A stretch of 62,786 bases of DNA from an uncultured Gemmatimonadota bacterium (GCA_964490075.1 CAZBBK010000008.1:62001-124786), one strand, 5' to 3'; counted from the stretch's first letter, positions 18,129-29,961 are shown. The notes: generated by a model not told the origin, from the letters alone. Translations and numbers: made by a program.

Positions 18129-18719
18129 TCACCCGTTCCGTTCGACGATGAAATCGATCAAGCCGTAGTCCTTGGCCTCTTCCGCGGTCATGAAATTGTC
18201 GCGATCGGTGTCCTTGCCGATCTGTTCGACACTCACCCCCGTATGTCGCGCCAGGATTTCGTTGAGCTCGGATCGGACTCGGAGCATCTCTTCCGCCTGG
18301 ATCTCAAGATCGGACGTTGGAGCGTACATCCTCCCCGAGATCAAGGGTTGGTGGATCATGATCCGAGCGTGTTCCCAGGCGCCTCTCGTCCCCTTGGCAC
18401 CGCAGGTGAGCAGGACGGCCCCCATCGACGCGGCCTGTCCGGTGCAAATCGTCCGAACGGGCGCCTTGATCATCTGGATCGCATCATAGATAGCCAGCCC
18501 CGCTGAGATCACACCTCCCGGCGAGTTCACATAGAAGGTGATCTCCTGCTTGGAGTTCGACTCGTCCAGGAACATCAGCTCCTTGACAATCCGCTCCGAA
18601 GATTCGTCCGCGACCGGACCCCAGAGGAATATCTTCCTCGCATCCAGGAACTTGCGGCGCATCTCGTTGTCGGTGAGGAATCTCGCGAGGTCGGGCAGTC
18701 CGTGAGGGTGTTCAGGCAT
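18129..18719 (-). CDS. clpP: ATP-dependent Clp protease proteolytic subunit
   Basis: YVNSPGG, AASMG (Ser), MIHQP (His), DTDRDNFM (Asp). Confidence 0.96.
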   Translation of the reverse strand: MPEHPHGLPDLARFLTDNEMRRKFLDARKIFLWGPVADESSERIVKELMFLDESNSKQEITFYVNSPGGVISAGLAIYDAIQMIKAPVRTICTGQAASMGAVLLTCGAKGTRGAWEHARIMIHQPLISGRMYAPTSDLEIQAEEMLRVRSELNEILARHTGVSVEQIGKDTDRDNFMTAEEAKDYGLIDFIVERNG

Positions 18720-18772
18720 TTGTGGTCTCTCGAGGCGAAGCTACTCTGCGATCGGATCCAATCGGTCGCGGG

Positions 18773-18801
18773 ATGATATACACCGGCAGGTCATTTGTCG
18801 A
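18773..18801 (-). promoter_or_regulatory. Candidate sigma70 promoter for clpP
   Basis: TCGACA-N17-TATCAT on the minus strand. Confidence 0.4.
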
Positions 18802-20092
18802 TCGCGGGACGCCTGGTCTCCCGCAGCCCCTTCCACCACTCCAGGCGTCGCCGGATCTCTTTCTCGAACGCGAATGGGCCAGGTTCGTAGATTTCCTGGC
18901 CGGCGATCTCCTCGGGCAGATAGCCCAGGCCCGCATAGGCATCCGGCTCGTCGTGGTCGTATCGATACCCACTGCCATGTCCGAGCTCGGTGGCCAGCCG
19001 GGTCGGCGCGTTTCTCGCGTGCAAGGGCACCGCCAGAGCTCCATGCTCGCAAACGGCCGCCCGGGCCCTCTCGTGCGCCCGGTGGACCGCATTCGACTTG
19101 GGCGAAACCGCAAGGTAGATGGCCGCTTGCACCAGGGCAAGCGCGCCTTCCGGCATTCCGAGGAAGTGCACGGCGTCTTTTGCGGCCAGCGCCACCTGCA
19201 GAGCCTGAGGATCGGCCAACCCGACGTCCTCCGATGCCGTTCTCACCAATCTCCGGGCGACGTAGAGCGGCTCGTCTCCTCCCTCGAGCAACTTGGTCGT
19301 CCAGTACACCGCGGCCTGAGGATCCGATCCACGGATCGATTTCTGCAGTGCGGAGATCGCATCGAAGTGTGTGTCCGCGTCACCCCCGGGGACTCTCTGC
19401 TGCAGCGCCCGCTCGACGATCTCGGGAGTGATCCGCCCCCCTTTTCCTGCCAGCGCGGCCACGAGCTCCAGAGTATTCAGTGCGCGCCGCGCGTCTCCCG
19501 AGGACTGGACCGCGATCAACTCCAGCATCCCCTCATCCCAAACGAGCTCCACATCCGCCAACCCTTGGCCGGCCCGAAGCGCCCGCCGCAGCAGCTCGAC
19601 CATATCTCGCCGCTCGATCGCCCTCACGACCAACACCTTGACACGCGAGAGAAGGGGTGCATTGACCTGGAACGACGGGTTCTCCGTGGTAGCGCCGATG
19701 AAGACGATCGTTCCGGCCTCCACGTGCGGAAGAAAGGCGTCTTGCTGGGCACGGTTGAAGCGATGGAGCTCATCCACGAAGAGCACAGTGCGGGCCTCTC
19801 GATCTCGCGCCTCGGCGATCAGCGCCCGTGCCTCCCTAATGCCAGTCGATACCGCGCTGAATCGCTGTGTCACGGCTCCCACTGCATCGCCGAGCACCAT
19901 ACCGAGCGAGGTCTTCCCGCATCCCGGCGGTCCCCAAAGCACGAGCGAAGGAAGCTCCTGCCCTGCCACCGCCTCGCTCAGGAGCTCGCCGGGTCCCAGC
20001 AAGTGATCCTGTCCGACGATATCCGCGAGCCGCTTCGGGCGCATCCTGGCAGCCAGAGGCTCACGCGCCTTCGACCGATCCGGGGCGTTCAT
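18791..20092 (-). CDS. rarA: Replication-associated recombination protein A (MgsA/RarA AAA+ ATPase)
   Basis: [57 protein letters not shown]; real ATG at 20092 overlaps the carB stop. Confidence 0.96.
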   Translation of the reverse strand: MNAPDRSKAREPLAARMRPKRLADIVGQDHLLGPGELLSEAVAGQELPSLVLWGPPGCGKTSLGMVLGDAVGAVTQRFSAVSTGIREARALIAEARDREARTVLFVDELHRFNRAQQDAFLPHVEAGTIVFIGATTENPSFQVNAPLLSRVKVLVVRAIERRDMVELLRRALRAGQGLADVELVWDEGMLELIAVQSSGDARRALNTLELVAALAGKGGRITPEIVERALQQRVPGGDADTHFDAISALQKSIRGSDPQAAVYWTTKLLEGGDEPLYVARRLVRTASEDVGLADPQALQVALAAKDAVHFLGMPEGALALVQAAIYLAVSPKSNAVHRAHERARAAVCEHGALAVPLHARNAPTRLATELGHGSGYRYDHDEPDAYAGLGYLPEEIAGQEIYEPGPFAFEKEIRRRLEWWKGLRETRRPAIDK

Positions 20093-23000
20093 GCGTCGTA
20101 AAGATCCTGCAAGCAGTGAACATCCAGCCGATTGGCGCGCAACGATCGGATTGCCTGCACCGCGGCGGCGGCGCCGGACAGAGTGGTGATCGTCGGGACA
20201 TCGAGATCCAGCGCGGCTCTGCGCATGGTCACCTCGTCCTCGTAGGCGGCCTTGCCGAGAGGTGTATTGATGATGAGATCGATGGCGCCGTTCTTCAGAT
20301 GATCCACCACGTGTGGTCTTCCCTCCGCGATCTTCTGACAGTCGATGGTGGCAAGCCCCGCCTGCCTCAGGCGCGCCGCGGTTCCGCAGGTGGCCACGAT
20401 CTGAAATCCGAGCTCCGAGAGCTCTCGCGCGATCGCCACGATGCTCTCTTTGTCGTTGTCGTTGACACTCACGAACACCGCGCCCCGCAGCGGCAGTATG
20501 GTACCGGCGGCCAGGTTCGCCTTGGAAAAGGCCATGCCGAAGTCCCTGGAGCAACCCATGACTTCTCCGGTTGCCCGCATTTCCGGTCCCAGAATAATGT
20601 CGCTACCAGGGAAGCGCTTGAAGGGCAGCACCGCTTCCTTGACGCAGATGTGCGCGGGACTGATCTCCGCATCGCACTCCAAGTCCTTGAGCCGTTCTCC
20701 CAGCATGACGCGGGTGGCGATTTTGGCCAGCGGCACGCCGGTGGCCTTTGAGACGAAGGGAACGGTCCTGGACGCTCTGGGATTCACCTCGATTACGTAG
20801 ACGACATCGTCCTTGATCGCGAATTGGATGTTCAGCAGGCCGCGGACATCGAGGGCTAGCCCCAGGCGTCTCGTGTAGTCTCTGATCGTGTCGAGGTGGT
20901 TGCTGGGAATGCGCGCCGGCGGCAGTACGCAGGCCGAGTCGCCCGAGTGTATTCCGGCTTCCTCGATGTGTTGCATGATGCCGCCGATGACAACGGATTC
21001 TCCGTCCGCCAGTGCGTCGACATCGACCTCGAACGCGTCCTCCAAGAAACGGTCGATCAAGATCGGATGGTTGGGCGAGCTGCGAGTTGCATGGGAGATG
21101 TAGTGATCGAGGGTGGCGCGATCGTAGACGATCGCCATCGCTCTCCCGCCCAGCACGTAGGATGGGCGCACCAAAACAGGGTAGCCAATTCGGTCCGCCA
21201 CGCGCTCCGCTTCTTCCAGGTTGGTAGCCGTTCCGTCGTCGGCTCTTGGAATGCCGAGATCATGGAGCAGTGCGCCGAAGCGCTTGCGGTCCTCCGCCAG
21301 ATCGATGCAATCCGGATCCGTGCCGAGGATCTTGACGCCGGCGGCCTTCAGCGCCTGCGCCAGGTTGAGCGGTGTCTGGCCGCCGAGTTGCACGATCACG
21401 CCGAGCGGGTCTTCGGCCGACGTGACCTCCAAGACATCCTCCAAAGTAAGCGGTTCGAAATAGAGTTTGTCCGACACATCGAAGTCGGTTGACACGGTCT
21501 CCGGATTGTTGTTGACCATGATCGCGTCGTAACCGGCCTGCCGAATTGTCTGCACCGCATGCACGCAGCAGTAGTCGAATTCGATTCCCTGTCCGATCCG
21601 ATTGGGGCCGCCACCGAGCACCACCACGCTTCGACGCTTGGATCGAGTGGTCTCCGACTCCTCGCCGTAGGTCGAGTAATGGTACGGTGTGTCGGCGTCG
21701 AACTCTGCGCCGCAGGTATCTACCGTTTTGTACGCCGCACGAATCGAATGCTCGATTCTGGTGCTGCGGATCGTCGTTTCGTCGCTGCCGACGAGAATCG
21801 CGATCTGCTGATCCGAGAAGCCGCGACGTTTCGCAGCCAGCAAGGTTTCCGGGGAGAGAGCAGCTCCGGTCGATGCCTCGATCTCCGCTTCCTGATCGAC
21901 GATCATCTGGATCTGGTCTATGAAGAAGGGGTCGATCTTGGTGAGTCCATGAACCTGGGCCGGCCCCCAGCCTGCGAGAAGCGCATTGCGGATGTGGAAG
22001 ATGCGGTCTGGATTGGGCGTGGATAGACGTTCCCTGAGATGCTCGATATCGTGTTCCTCGCTGCCGTCCGCGCCCAGCCCGGCGCGGCCAATCTCGAGGG
22101 ACCGAAGGCCCTTTTGCAGGGCTTCGGTAAAGGTCCGTCCCAGTGCCATGGTCTCACCGACGGAGCGCATCGTGGAAGTGAGCGCATCGCTCGTGCGCGG
22201 GAACTTCGCGAAATCCCAGCGCGGGATTTTGACCGCTACATAGTCGAGAGTTGGCTCGAAGCAGGCCGGGGTCTTCAGTGTTATGGCGTTGGGAAGCTCG
22301 TCGAGCGTGTGGCCGACGGCGAGCTTGGCGGCGATTCTCGCGATCGGAAAGCCTGTCGCCTTGGAGGCAAGAGCCGAAGAGCGAGAAACACGGGGGTTCA
22401 TTTCGATGACCACCGTACGGCCGGTCTCGGGATGGACTGCGAACTGAATGTTGGAGCCACCAGTATCTACACCCACGCGTCGAATGACCGCCAAAGCGAT
22501 ATCTCGAAGACGCTGGTATTCCCGATCGGTCAGCGTCATGGCCGGCGCGACGGTGATGGAGTCTCCAGTGTGAACCCCCATGGGATCTATGTTCTCGATA
22601 GAGCAGACGACCACGGCGTTGTCTTTGTGGTCCCGCATCACTTCGAGCTCGAACTCCTTCCAGCCGACCAGGCATTCCTCTAGCAGCACTTCGTTGATGG
22701 GGGAGGCGGAGATCCCGTTGGCGACGATGTCGCGCAGCTCCTGGATGTTGTAGGCGATGCCGCCACCCTCGCCGCCGAGCGTGAAAGAGGGACGGGCGAT
22801 GATGGGGAAGCCGAGGTCGTTGCTGGCGTCCTCGGCATCTCTCAGCGTGGACACCAGCGTCGAACGTGGCAGATCGATGTTGATGCTCGCCATCGCCTGG
22901 CGAAACAGGCGTCGATCCTCCGCCGTCTTGATCGCGTCGCATGTGGCGCCGATCAGCTTTACTCCGTACTGACGGAGTATGCCGCTCTCGGCGAGCTGAA

Positions 23001-23298
23001 CTGCGAGGTTCAACGCGGTTTGCCCCCCGACCGTCGGCAGGAGCACATCCGGCTTCTCTTCTTCCAAGATCTTGGAGATCGAGGCGACCGTGAGCGGCTC
23101 GATGTAGGTACGATCGGCCAACTCCGGGTCGGTCATGATCGTGGCCGGGTTGGAGTTCACCAGCACCACTCGGTAGCCCTCTTCCTTCAGGGCTCGAACC
23201 GCCTGTGTGCCCGAATAGTCGAATTCGCATCCCTGTCCAATGACGATCGGACCGGAGCCGATGACGAAGACCGATTCGATGTCCAACCGAGGAGGCAT
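20089..23298 (-). CDS. carB: Carbamoyl-phosphate synthase large subunit
   Basis: [40 protein letters not shown], duplicated ATP-grasp domains, C-terminal MGS domain. Confidence 0.98.
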   Translation of the reverse strand: MPPRLDIESVFVIGSGPIVIGQGCEFDYSGTQAVRALKEEGYRVVLVNSNPATIMTDPELADRTYIEPLTVASISKILEEEKPDVLLPTVGGQTALNLAVQLAESGILRQYGVKLIGATCDAIKTAEDRRLFRQAMASINIDLPRSTLVSTLRDAEDASNDLGFPIIARPSFTLGGEGGGIAYNIQELRDIVANGISASPINEVLLEECLVGWKEFELEVMRDHKDNAVVVCSIENIDPMGVHTGDSITVAPAMTLTDREYQRLRDIALAVIRRVGVDTGGSNIQFAVHPETGRTVVIEMNPRVSRSSALASKATGFPIARIAAKLAVGHTLDELPNAITLKTPACFEPTLDYVAVKIPRWDFAKFPRTSDALTSTMRSVGETMALGRTFTEALQKGLRSLEIGRAGLGADGSEEHDIEHLRERLSTPNPDRIFHIRNALLAGWGPAQVHGLTKIDPFFIDQIQMIVDQEAEIEASTGAALSPETLLAAKRRGFSDQQIAILVGSDETTIRSTRIEHSIRAAYKTVDTCGAEFDADTPYHYSTYGEESETTRSKRRSVVVLGGGPNRIGQGIEFDYCCVHAVQTIRQAGYDAIMVNNNPETVSTDFDVSDKLYFEPLTLEDVLEVTSAEDPLGVIVQLGGQTPLNLAQALKAAGVKILGTDPDCIDLAEDRKRFGALLHDLGIPRADDGTATNLEEAERVADRIGYPVLVRPSYVLGGRAMAIVYDRATLDHYISHATRSSPNHPILIDRFLEDAFEVDVDALADGESVVIGGIMQHIEEAGIHSGDSACVLPPARIPSNHLDTIRDYTRRLGLALDVRGLLNIQFAIKDDVVYVIEVNPRASRTVPFVSKATGVPLAKIATRVMLGERLKDLECDAEISPAHICVKEAVLPFKRFPGSDIILGPEMRATGEVMGCSRDFGMAFSKANLAAGTILPLRGAVFVSVNDNDKESIVAIARELSELGFQIVATCGTAARLRQAGLATIDCQKIAEGRPHVVDHLKNGAIDLIINTPLGKAAYEDEVTMRRAALDLDVPTITTLSGAAAAVQAIRSLRANRLDVHCLQDLYDA

Positions 23299-23300
23299 GT

Positions 23301-24434
23301 CTAGCTTCTCTCGAAGGAGCTGTGCTGGATCATGTTGACCAGGGCGTCGAATGCCGGGGTTGCATCCGATGGACCGGGGGCCGCTTCCGGGTGGTACTGG
23401 TAGCCAATTACTTCCAGCTCTCGATGCTGCAGTCCTTCGACGGTATCGTCGTTGAGGTTGCGGCGGATGACCTCCGCGCCGGTGGCGAGCAATGACGCTT
23501 CGTCGACGGCGAAGCCGTGGTTCTGCGAGGTGATCTCGATTTCGCCGCTGCGCAGGTTCGCCACCGGGTGATTGGCGCCGTGATGTCCGAACTTGAGCTT
23601 GTAGGTCCGCGCGCCGAGCGCCAGGGCCAAGAGTTGATGGCCAAGGCAGATTCCCACCATCGGCATCTGGCCTAGGAGCGCGCGCGTGATCTCGAGGGCC
23701 GTGCCGGCGGCTTCCGGGTCGCCCGGTCCGTTCGAAATCAAGAGGGCTTTCGGTCGCCACTCCCGGATCCGGTCGATGGGCGCATCGGCGGGGAACACCC
23801 TCACCTGCTCCACTCTCCGGCGCAGGTTGCGCAGAATGCTGTGCTTCACGCCGCAGTCCAGCACCGCGATTCTCTCGCCAATGGGCTGCGTCACCGGCCT
23901 ACCGAAGGGAAGCCACTGCGGCGCGGTCGGGATCTCCCAGTCGTGAGCGGAGGGGCTCTTGACCTCTGACACGAGGTCTCTGCCGATCAGGCCTGGGGAT
24001 GATTTCACGGTGGAGACCAGCTCCCGCTCCTCCATTCCGACGCCGATGCCGCCGCGCAACGCTCCATGGGTGCGGATATGCCGGGTCACCGCTCGGGTAT
24101 CGACTCCGGTGATGGCACCCACGCCCGCGCGTTGGAGCATCGAGCCGAGAGATTCCCTGGCCCTCCAGGAAGAGGGGATCTCACAGTACTCCCGAACCAC
24201 GAAGCCCGCCAGGTGGAGACCCCTGGATTCGGCATCTTCTCTTGTCACCCCGCAGTTGCCGATGTGCGGGGCGGTCATCACGACGATCTGCCCGCGATAG
24301 GACGGATCGGAGACCACTTCCTGGTACCCCGTCATTCCGGTATGGAATACCACCTCACCAAACGCAGGCCCCGGGGCGCCGAACGACCGTCCGGGGAAGA
24401 CCCGGCCATCCTCCAGAGCCAGCACTGCGCGCAT
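23301..24434 (-). CDS. carA: Carbamoyl-phosphate synthase small subunit
   Basis: [46 protein letters not shown]. Confidence 0.98.
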   Translation of the reverse strand: MRAVLALEDGRVFPGRSFGAPGPAFGEVVFHTGMTGYQEVVSDPSYRGQIVVMTAPHIGNCGVTREDAESRGLHLAGFVVREYCEIPSSWRARESLGSMLQRAGVGAITGVDTRAVTRHIRTHGALRGGIGVGMEERELVSTVKSSPGLIGRDLVSEVKSPSAHDWEIPTAPQWLPFGRPVTQPIGERIAVLDCGVKHSILRNLRRRVEQVRVFPADAPIDRIREWRPKALLISNGPGDPEAAGTALEITRALLGQMPMVGICLGHQLLALALGARTYKLKFGHHGANHPVANLRSGEIEITSQNHGFAVDEASLLATGAEVIRRNLNDDTVEGLQHRELEVIGYQYHPEAAPGPSDATPAFDALVNMIQHSSFERS

Positions 24435-24554
24435 TGCCAAACCGCTCGCCAGCGGCGCTCGTTCGGGGTCTGCAGCTCATTGTTCCGCCAGTGAGTTGCG
24501 CCGCTCGAGTGGCACTGGCGGAGCCCGTTCCGGTGCTGCGTATCGTGCGGGAGC

Positions 24555-24583
24555 AGGTTAGCATTGGCCCTCATCAGCGTCCA
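24555..24583 (-). promoter_or_regulatory. Candidate sigma70 promoter for carA-carB-rarA
   Basis: TGGACG-N17-TAACCT with extended -10 TG. Confidence 0.45.
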
Positions 24584-24626
24584 CAGGCGCCTCTTTTGAG
24601 GCGGGCGGGGGGTCCGCCGGCGCTGC

Positions 24627-24655
24627 TGGACACGTCGGTTGCCCGATGGTACGTT
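24627..24655 (+). promoter_or_regulatory. Candidate sigma70 promoter for the DUF2723 gene
   Basis: TGGACA-N17-TACGTT with extended -10 TG; divergent from the carA promoter. Confidence 0.45.
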
Positions 24656-24755
24656 CCAGGCGGCCTTTGCGAACAGCCAGGGCCGCTCCAAGAGGCTGCT
24701 GCGCCGATGCCTTGCGGACGGCCTCTCTCCCCATCCGGCGTCGGAGCAGTCCCCT

Positions 24756-27413
24756 GTGAGCTCACCGCAACTTCCGCATCTGCGATTCATCTCCGGACGC
24801 GCGGAGGCGAGCGCCGCCCTTGCTACCCTCTTCGTGGTGGGCGCCGTCTACCTTCGGACCATCGCACCCACCCTTACCTTTTGGGACGCCGGGGAGTTCA
24901 TCGCCTGCTCGCACATATTGGGCATCCCACACCCCCCGGGAACGCCCTTCTTCATCCTGCTGGGGCGTTTCGCCACACTCGCGCTCTCGTTCCATCCCGA
25001 GGTGGCGTGGCGCGTCAACATGCTGAGCGCCGTGTCGAGCATCGCCGCTGCTGTGCTCGGCTGCCTCATCGTTTTCAGAGTCGTGCGCCCGTGGCTGGAG
25101 CGAATGGGGCACCGGAGCGCCGATCTCGTGGCGTCGGCCGCGGCGATGAGCGGATCGAGCGCGCTGGCCTTCGGCTCCACGTTCTGGGCCAACGGTACCG
25201 AGTCAGAGGTCTACGGCACCTCGATGCTCTTCCTGATGCTGATCACCTGGCTCGCCGTTGTGTGGTATCACGCCGCCGGATCAAGAGGTGCCGACCGGCT
25301 ACTGATTTTGACCTTCTACCTGGTTTACCTCGGGATTGGCGTGCACATGCAAAATCTGATGCTCGTCGTTCCCGTCTTTCTGATGGTTGCCATCAGAGAC
25401 CGTCGCAAGCTCGCGGATCCGCTCCTCTGGACCGTGGCCGTCGTCGGATGCCTGGCGCTCGTGCATACGACAGGGTTTCTGGTAGCCGGTACGCTGGGGT
25501 TGGTGGCCCTCGCGGCGGTCCAGACACTCGCCCGCAAGGAGATCCGCTTCCGCCTGGCGCTTCCCCTCGCTCTGTTCACGGTTATGGCGGTCGGCTACTC
25601 CCCCCATATCTACATACCGGTTCGATCCATGCTGGATCCAGCCATCGACGAAAACGACCCCGAGACGTGGGAGAGCTTCAAGGGGTTCCTCGAACGTAAG
25701 CAGTACGGCTCAGAGTCGATGTTGACTCGCGCTATGACTCGACGCGGCACCTGGAAGAGCCAGCTGATCAGCAACCAGAAAATGGGTCTCTGGCACACCT
25801 TCTCCGAGCAATGGTCGTCGGAACGATCGGCGGTGCTGATCTTCACTTTCGCGGGAGCCCTGGGTCTGCTGGTGCTGTACCGGCGCAGCGTCGGGCTCGG
25901 ATCACTGATCGGGCTGGCGATGATCGTCGGATCGATCGGGCTGGTGTTCTACTTGAACCTGTCGGATGGCACCCTGGGCGCGAAAGAGGAGGTGAGAAAC
26001 CGCGACTACTTCTTTGCCCCCGGGTTCGTCTACTTCTCGCTGCTGTTTGGAGTCGGGGTCGCCGCCTTCTTGGACTTCCTTCACAGGTGGGTGCGCGAGA
26101 CGCCCTGGTCGGCCGGCTTGGCGGCGGCGGTTCTCTCGGTTCCCTACCTGGTCCCGTTGGCGACGGAGGGACTCGGTTGGTGGCAGAGCCTATCTCTCGG
26201 TGCGTTGATCGTAGCACTTCTCATGCTGCTCATCGGCGCGGCCGCGAGCCTGCTGCCGAGAGGTTTGCGCCCGACCGCCGTGACCCTGGGCTCCGCGGCG
26301 CTGTTTCTGGCTTTCTCGGCGCAGCAGCCCTTGTACGCGAACTTCCACACCCATGACCGCTCGCGCGACCGCATCGCAAACGACTATGGCTACAATATTC
26401 TCCATTCCTGCGAAGAAGGCGGCCTGATCTTCACCAATGGAGACAACGATACGTTTCCGCTTTGGTACCTGCAGGAAGTGGAGGAATTCCGCAAAGACGT
26501 GCGAGTACTCAATCTGTCGCTTCTCAATACCAATTGGTACATCAAGCAGCTGAGAGATCGAGAACCCCGAGTGTCTATCGCGCTGAGCGATGAGGAAGTC
26601 GAAGCGATTCCTCCATACGTCGTCACCAAGGGCAATCGCGTCGTGCGCAAGCAGGACCGCATGATCGAGCATATCATCACGCAGAACCGCTGGCGTCAGC
26701 CGATCTACTTCGCAATCACGGTTCCCGAGCAGAACCGCCTAGGACTCGACAAACACCTGCAAATGGAGGGATTCGTGTATCGCCTGCATCCCACTCCGGT
26801 GGATGCCGGCGTGCATGCCGAGCGAACCAGGAGATTGCTCGAGGAGTATCGCTACGATGGCCTGGCAGATCCCACTATCTTCAAGGACGACAACACCCTC
26901 AACCTACTCAACAACTACGTAGCGATCATCTACCAGCTGGCGATTCAGTACAAGGACGCGGGCGATCTGCAGTCGGCGGCGGAAATTCTGGAGTTGGGCC
27001 TGACTGAAGTGCGAACAAAGCGTTGGGAGGTCCCGGGGCAGCTTGCACAGCTCTACGTGCGCCTGGGACGCGATGATGACGCGAATCGTGTTGCCAAGAC
27101 CATTCTTGAGGATTACGGGGAATCGACTGACGCGATTGCATACGTGGGTCGAGTATTTCTCAGCGGCGGACTGACGGATGCGGCCATCGAGGTGTACGAG
27201 CGCGCGCTCGAGCGGTGGCCGGAGTCGGATGTGCTTTACCAGGCTCTCTTCTATGCTTTCTACCAGGGCGGCAGACAGAAAGCCGCCAGAGAGACGTTGG
27301 ACGATTGGCTGGCGGCGATCCCGGGCAGCAGCAACGCCGCACAGATCATGCGTCAGATGTCGGCGCTAGACCGCGCGCCAGAGGAGAAGGAGGTGGCCGG
27401 CGGCGGATCTTAG
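24756..27413 (+). CDS. DUF2723 / TMEM260-like GT-C membrane glycosyltransferase with C-terminal TPRs
   Basis: WDAGEFIACSHILGIPHPPGTPFF, ESEVY, RKQYG, EVRNRDYFF, FTNGDNDTFPLWYLQEVE, NLSLLNTNWY; many TM helices; GTG start after GGAG. Confidence 0.9.
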   Translation: MSSPQLPHLRFISGRAEASAALATLFVVGAVYLRTIAPTLTFWDAGEFIACSHILGIPHPPGTPFFILLGRFATLALSFHPEVAWRVNMLSAVSSIAAAVLGCLIVFRVVRPWLERMGHRSADLVASAAAMSGSSALAFGSTFWANGTESEVYGTSMLFLMLITWLAVVWYHAAGSRGADRLLILTFYLVYLGIGVHMQNLMLVVPVFLMVAIRDRRKLADPLLWTVAVVGCLALVHTTGFLVAGTLGLVALAAVQTLARKEIRFRLALPLALFTVMAVGYSPHIYIPVRSMLDPAIDENDPETWESFKGFLERKQYGSESMLTRAMTRRGTWKSQLISNQKMGLWHTFSEQWSSERSAVLIFTFAGALGLLVLYRRSVGLGSLIGLAMIVGSIGLVFYLNLSDGTLGAKEEVRNRDYFFAPGFVYFSLLFGVGVAAFLDFLHRWVRETPWSAGLAAAVLSVPYLVPLATEGLGWWQSLSLGALIVALLMLLIGAAASLLPRGLRPTAVTLGSAALFLAFSAQQPLYANFHTHDRSRDRIANDYGYNILHSCEEGGLIFTNGDNDTFPLWYLQEVEEFRKDVRVLNLSLLNTNWYIKQLRDREPRVSIALSDEEVEAIPPYVVTKGNRVVRKQDRMIEHIITQNRWRQPIYFAITVPEQNRLGLDKHLQMEGFVYRLHPTPVDAGVHAERTRRLLEEYRYDGLADPTIFKDDNTLNLLNNYVAIIYQLAIQYKDAGDLQSAAEILELGLTEVRTKRWEVPGQLAQLYVRLGRDDDANRVAKTILEDYGESTDAIAYVGRVFLSGGLTDAAIEVYERALERWPESDVLYQALFYAFYQGGRQKAARETLDDWLAAIPGSSNAAQIMRQMSALDRAPEEKEVAGGGS

Positions 27414-27420
27414 GGTCCGA

Positions 27421-28278
27421 TCAATCATCAGGTTGGTCGACCCGGAGCCACGTCAGTCTTGTCGTGGTCACGATGGTCTGCTCAGTGGTTCGCGAGGCCA
27501 AGACAGATTTGACCAATCCGTAGCGACCGAACCAGGTGCTCTCGGCGGCAGTAGCGGTCGGTGTCACCCAGCGATCCTCCACCAGAAATGTCTCCACTTC
27601 GGCGGCGATCGTCTCGGAGAATTCCTCATCATAGCAAATGGTCGGATTGCCGAAGGCGTCCTCGCAAGGCTCTTGGGTGAGGATGTCTATGTTGTAGTTG
27701 ACGACTATGTTGCGTAGACCGTGCATCCAGCGGGTCACGGAGGCCTGGAACTCGACCCAGGTGGCAACGGAATCGGGACCCAACTCCGGAGTTGTGAGGG
27801 GGTAGTGGAGCACCGGGCGAGGTTCGGTGAGCTCTTGGGTGCCGGATTCGAGGCGGTAGTCGCCGATCATAGCGAAGGTCGCGGAGGTGTCCGCGGAGAG
27901 CTCGAGCCGGTACCACGCCGTCGAGCTGTCCGCCAGCGTGCCGAGGGTCTGAACACTGATTACGGGAGTGGCCCGGTTCCAGATCCCGAAGGGCTCGTCG
28001 GGCATGACCCGCACGACGAGCTCCCCGAATTGCGTCTGATCGACCACGCCGTCGCCCGGAGTCGTATCCCAAGTTCGGTCGACTGCGTAGCGGTACCTGT
28101 CTCCCGTCACGGGAAACTCTGGACCGGCCGGGAACTCGCCGAGTACAGTGAGGGGCGAGCGCAGAATCTCGTCTTCGGGCGGTGGGGGCGGGGGGTCGAC
28201 CACCTCCGTCGTGGTGCAGGCCGATGCGATGATGGCCAGGGCAAAGACGGGTGCTGCGGTCTTGAATCGTTCGATCAA
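27421..28278 (-). CDS. Hypothetical lipoprotein
   Basis: TTG start after GGAG; lipobox-like IASA-C; poly-Pro linker; beta-rich body. Confidence 0.6.
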   Translation of the reverse strand: MIERFKTAAPVFALAIIASACTTTEVVDPPPPPPEDEILRSPLTVLGEFPAGPEFPVTGDRYRYAVDRTWDTTPGDGVVDQTQFGELVVRVMPDEPFGIWNRATPVISVQTLGTLADSSTAWYRLELSADTSATFAMIGDYRLESGTQELTEPRPVLHYPLTTPELGPDSVATWVEFQASVTRWMHGLRNIVVNYNIDILTQEPCEDAFGNPTICYDEEFSETIAAEVETFLVEDRWVTPTATAAESTWFGRYGLVKSVLASRTTEQTIVTTTRLTWLRVDQPDD

Positions 28279-28325
28279 TGCTGGTCTCCGAAGCTGGGCC
28301 CCGGTGCAGGGCGGGAGAGTTCTCG

Positions 28326-28670
28326 ATGATTCACCGCGATGAGGGCTTCGTTTGCGAGGCATGCGGTGCCAATGTACGGCCTTTGGGGAGAAAGACATGC
28401 AGGAATCACTGCCCGGCGTGCCTGGCGTCCAAGCACGTCGACTCCGAAAGACCTGGAGATCGCGCGGGCGATTGCGGCGGGTTGATGCCTGCGGTAGGGG
28501 CGATCACGGATGCCCGTCGTGGGATCGTGCTGGTGCATCGTTGTGATCGCTGTGGTTTCGAACGCGCGAATCGGATCGCCGAGCCGGGGCCGGAGGTCGA
28601 GATGCCGGACTCGATGGATCGAGTGCTCGAGTTGATGCGGCGCGTCGCGGAGCGCGGTCCTAATCCATGA
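28326..28670 (+). CDS. RNHCP-domain protein
   Basis: FVCEACG..RNHCPACLASKHVD..PGDRA..CGGLM..HRCDRCG. Confidence 0.92.
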   Translation: MIHRDEGFVCEACGANVRPLGRKTCRNHCPACLASKHVDSERPGDRAGDCGGLMPAVGAITDARRGIVLVHRCDRCGFERANRIAEPGPEVEMPDSMDRVLELMRRVAERGPNP

Positions 28671-29958
28671 CTCCGGGCAACCACAAAGAGAGCGAAGGCA
28701 CGAAGGTGATCAAGGCGAGTGCGACCAGCAGCAAGAGGATGAAGGCGATCGACGCACGATAGAGAGTCAGGACGGGGCGCCCGAAGCGAAAGCTGGAGAT
28801 GAAGAGGTTGATCCCCACCGGCGGCGTGGAGAACCCGATCTCGAGGTTGGTGAGGAAGATGATCCCGAGGTGAATGGGGTGAACGCCGTACTCGGCGGCG
28901 ATCGGGCTGATGAGTGGAACCACCACCAGGAGCGCCGAGAAGATGTCCATCAGCGCTCCGACCATCAGCAGGAAGATGTTCAGAGTGACCAGGAAGCCGA
29001 ATCGCGAGTGGATGTGCTCGCGCATCGCTTCGAGGATCGCCATGGGTACTTCCTGGTCGACCAGGAAGTTGGTCAGGCCGAGCGACGCCGCGATGATGAT
29101 CAGGATGCCGCCCACCAAGAGCATGCTGTGCGACATGACCCGTGGCAGGGCTCTCAGCGGCACATCCCGATGGATGAGCGCCTCGACCACTACGACGTAG
29201 AGAGCGGTGGTCGCCGCGATTTCGTTGACCGTTAGCACTCCGCTGAAGAAGCCACCGAGCACCAGGATCGGGAGCAGGATCTCGAACGCTGCACCACGCA
29301 GCGCCGACCACACCCGTTCGGGTCTGAATTCGATCCGCTGCACGCCGGCTCCTCGAGCGATGAAGCTGGCGTAGCCCGACAGAATCGCGATCAGGAGGAA
29401 GCCCGGAATGATGCCGGCTCGAAACAGCTTGTCGACATCGGCTCCGCCGACGAACGCGTAGATGATGAGCGGCAGCGAGGGAGGAAAGAGGAGGCCCAGG
29501 CTGCCTCCCGTCGTCAGGAGGCCGAGGCTGAACTTCTCGGGGTAGCGCTCCGCGATCAGCGGCGGTAGGAGCAGGCCGCCCAGGGCGATGATCGTGACGC
29601 CGGACGCTCCGGTGAAGGCGGTGAAGAAGGCGCATGCGACCAGACTGACGATCGCCAGGCCTCCGGGCATCCAGCCGAAGAGCGCCCGCGATACGTCCAC
29701 AAGGCGTCGCGGCGCCCGGCTCTCCGCCAGGACATATCCCGCGAAGGTGAAGAGCGGGATCGGAACGAGTGTTGGGTTGGTCAGTCGCACCATGTCGACC
29801 GCTGATTGCATCCCGGCGATCAGCAGTTGGAGTGAAAGCGGCTCCCCCGGATCGAAACCCGACCAACAAAACCCCCCGACGGCGATCGCCGCGAGGATCG
29901 CGAAGAGCGGAGTGCCCAGGACGGCGAGCAGCACCAGCAGGAGGACGATGACGACCAT
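28660..29958 (-). CDS. TRAP transporter large permease (DctM)
   Basis: IPLFTFAG, FTGASGVTIIALGG, GSLGLLFPPS, EIGFSTPPVGINLF. Confidence 0.95.
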   Translation of the reverse strand: MVVIVLLLVLLAVLGTPLFAILAAIAVGGFCWSGFDPGEPLSLQLLIAGMQSAVDMVRLTNPTLVPIPLFTFAGYVLAESRAPRRLVDVSRALFGWMPGGLAIVSLVACAFFTAFTGASGVTIIALGGLLLPPLIAERYPEKFSLGLLTTGGSLGLLFPPSLPLIIYAFVGGADVDKLFRAGIIPGFLLIAILSGYASFIARGAGVQRIEFRPERVWSALRGAAFEILLPILVLGGFFSGVLTVNEIAATTALYVVVVEALIHRDVPLRALPRVMSHSMLLVGGILIIIAASLGLTNFLVDQEVPMAILEAMREHIHSRFGFLVTLNIFLLMVGALMDIFSALLVVVPLISPIAAEYGVHPIHLGIIFLTNLEIGFSTPPVGINLFISSFRFGRPVLTLYRASIAFILLLLVALALITFVPSLSLWLPGVMD

Positions 29959-29961
29959 CGG

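Noticed and set aside
18722-20101. Long antisense ORFs (for example opposite rarA, qmoA, sat and the NtrC-type gene)
   Set aside because: Expected mirror frames of high-GC coding sequence; no recognisable motifs.
23299-23760. Long N-terminal extensions of carB (and similarly rarA, the PorV-like gene and the CBM48 genes) in the ORF track
   Set aside because: They overlap real upstream genes; family-typical N-termini and coupled start codons lie downstream.
24484-24522. Hairpin TCCGCCAGTG..CACTGGCGGA in the carA leader as a pyrimidine attenuator
   Set aside because: No PyrR-binding consensus or U-tract; function unsupported.
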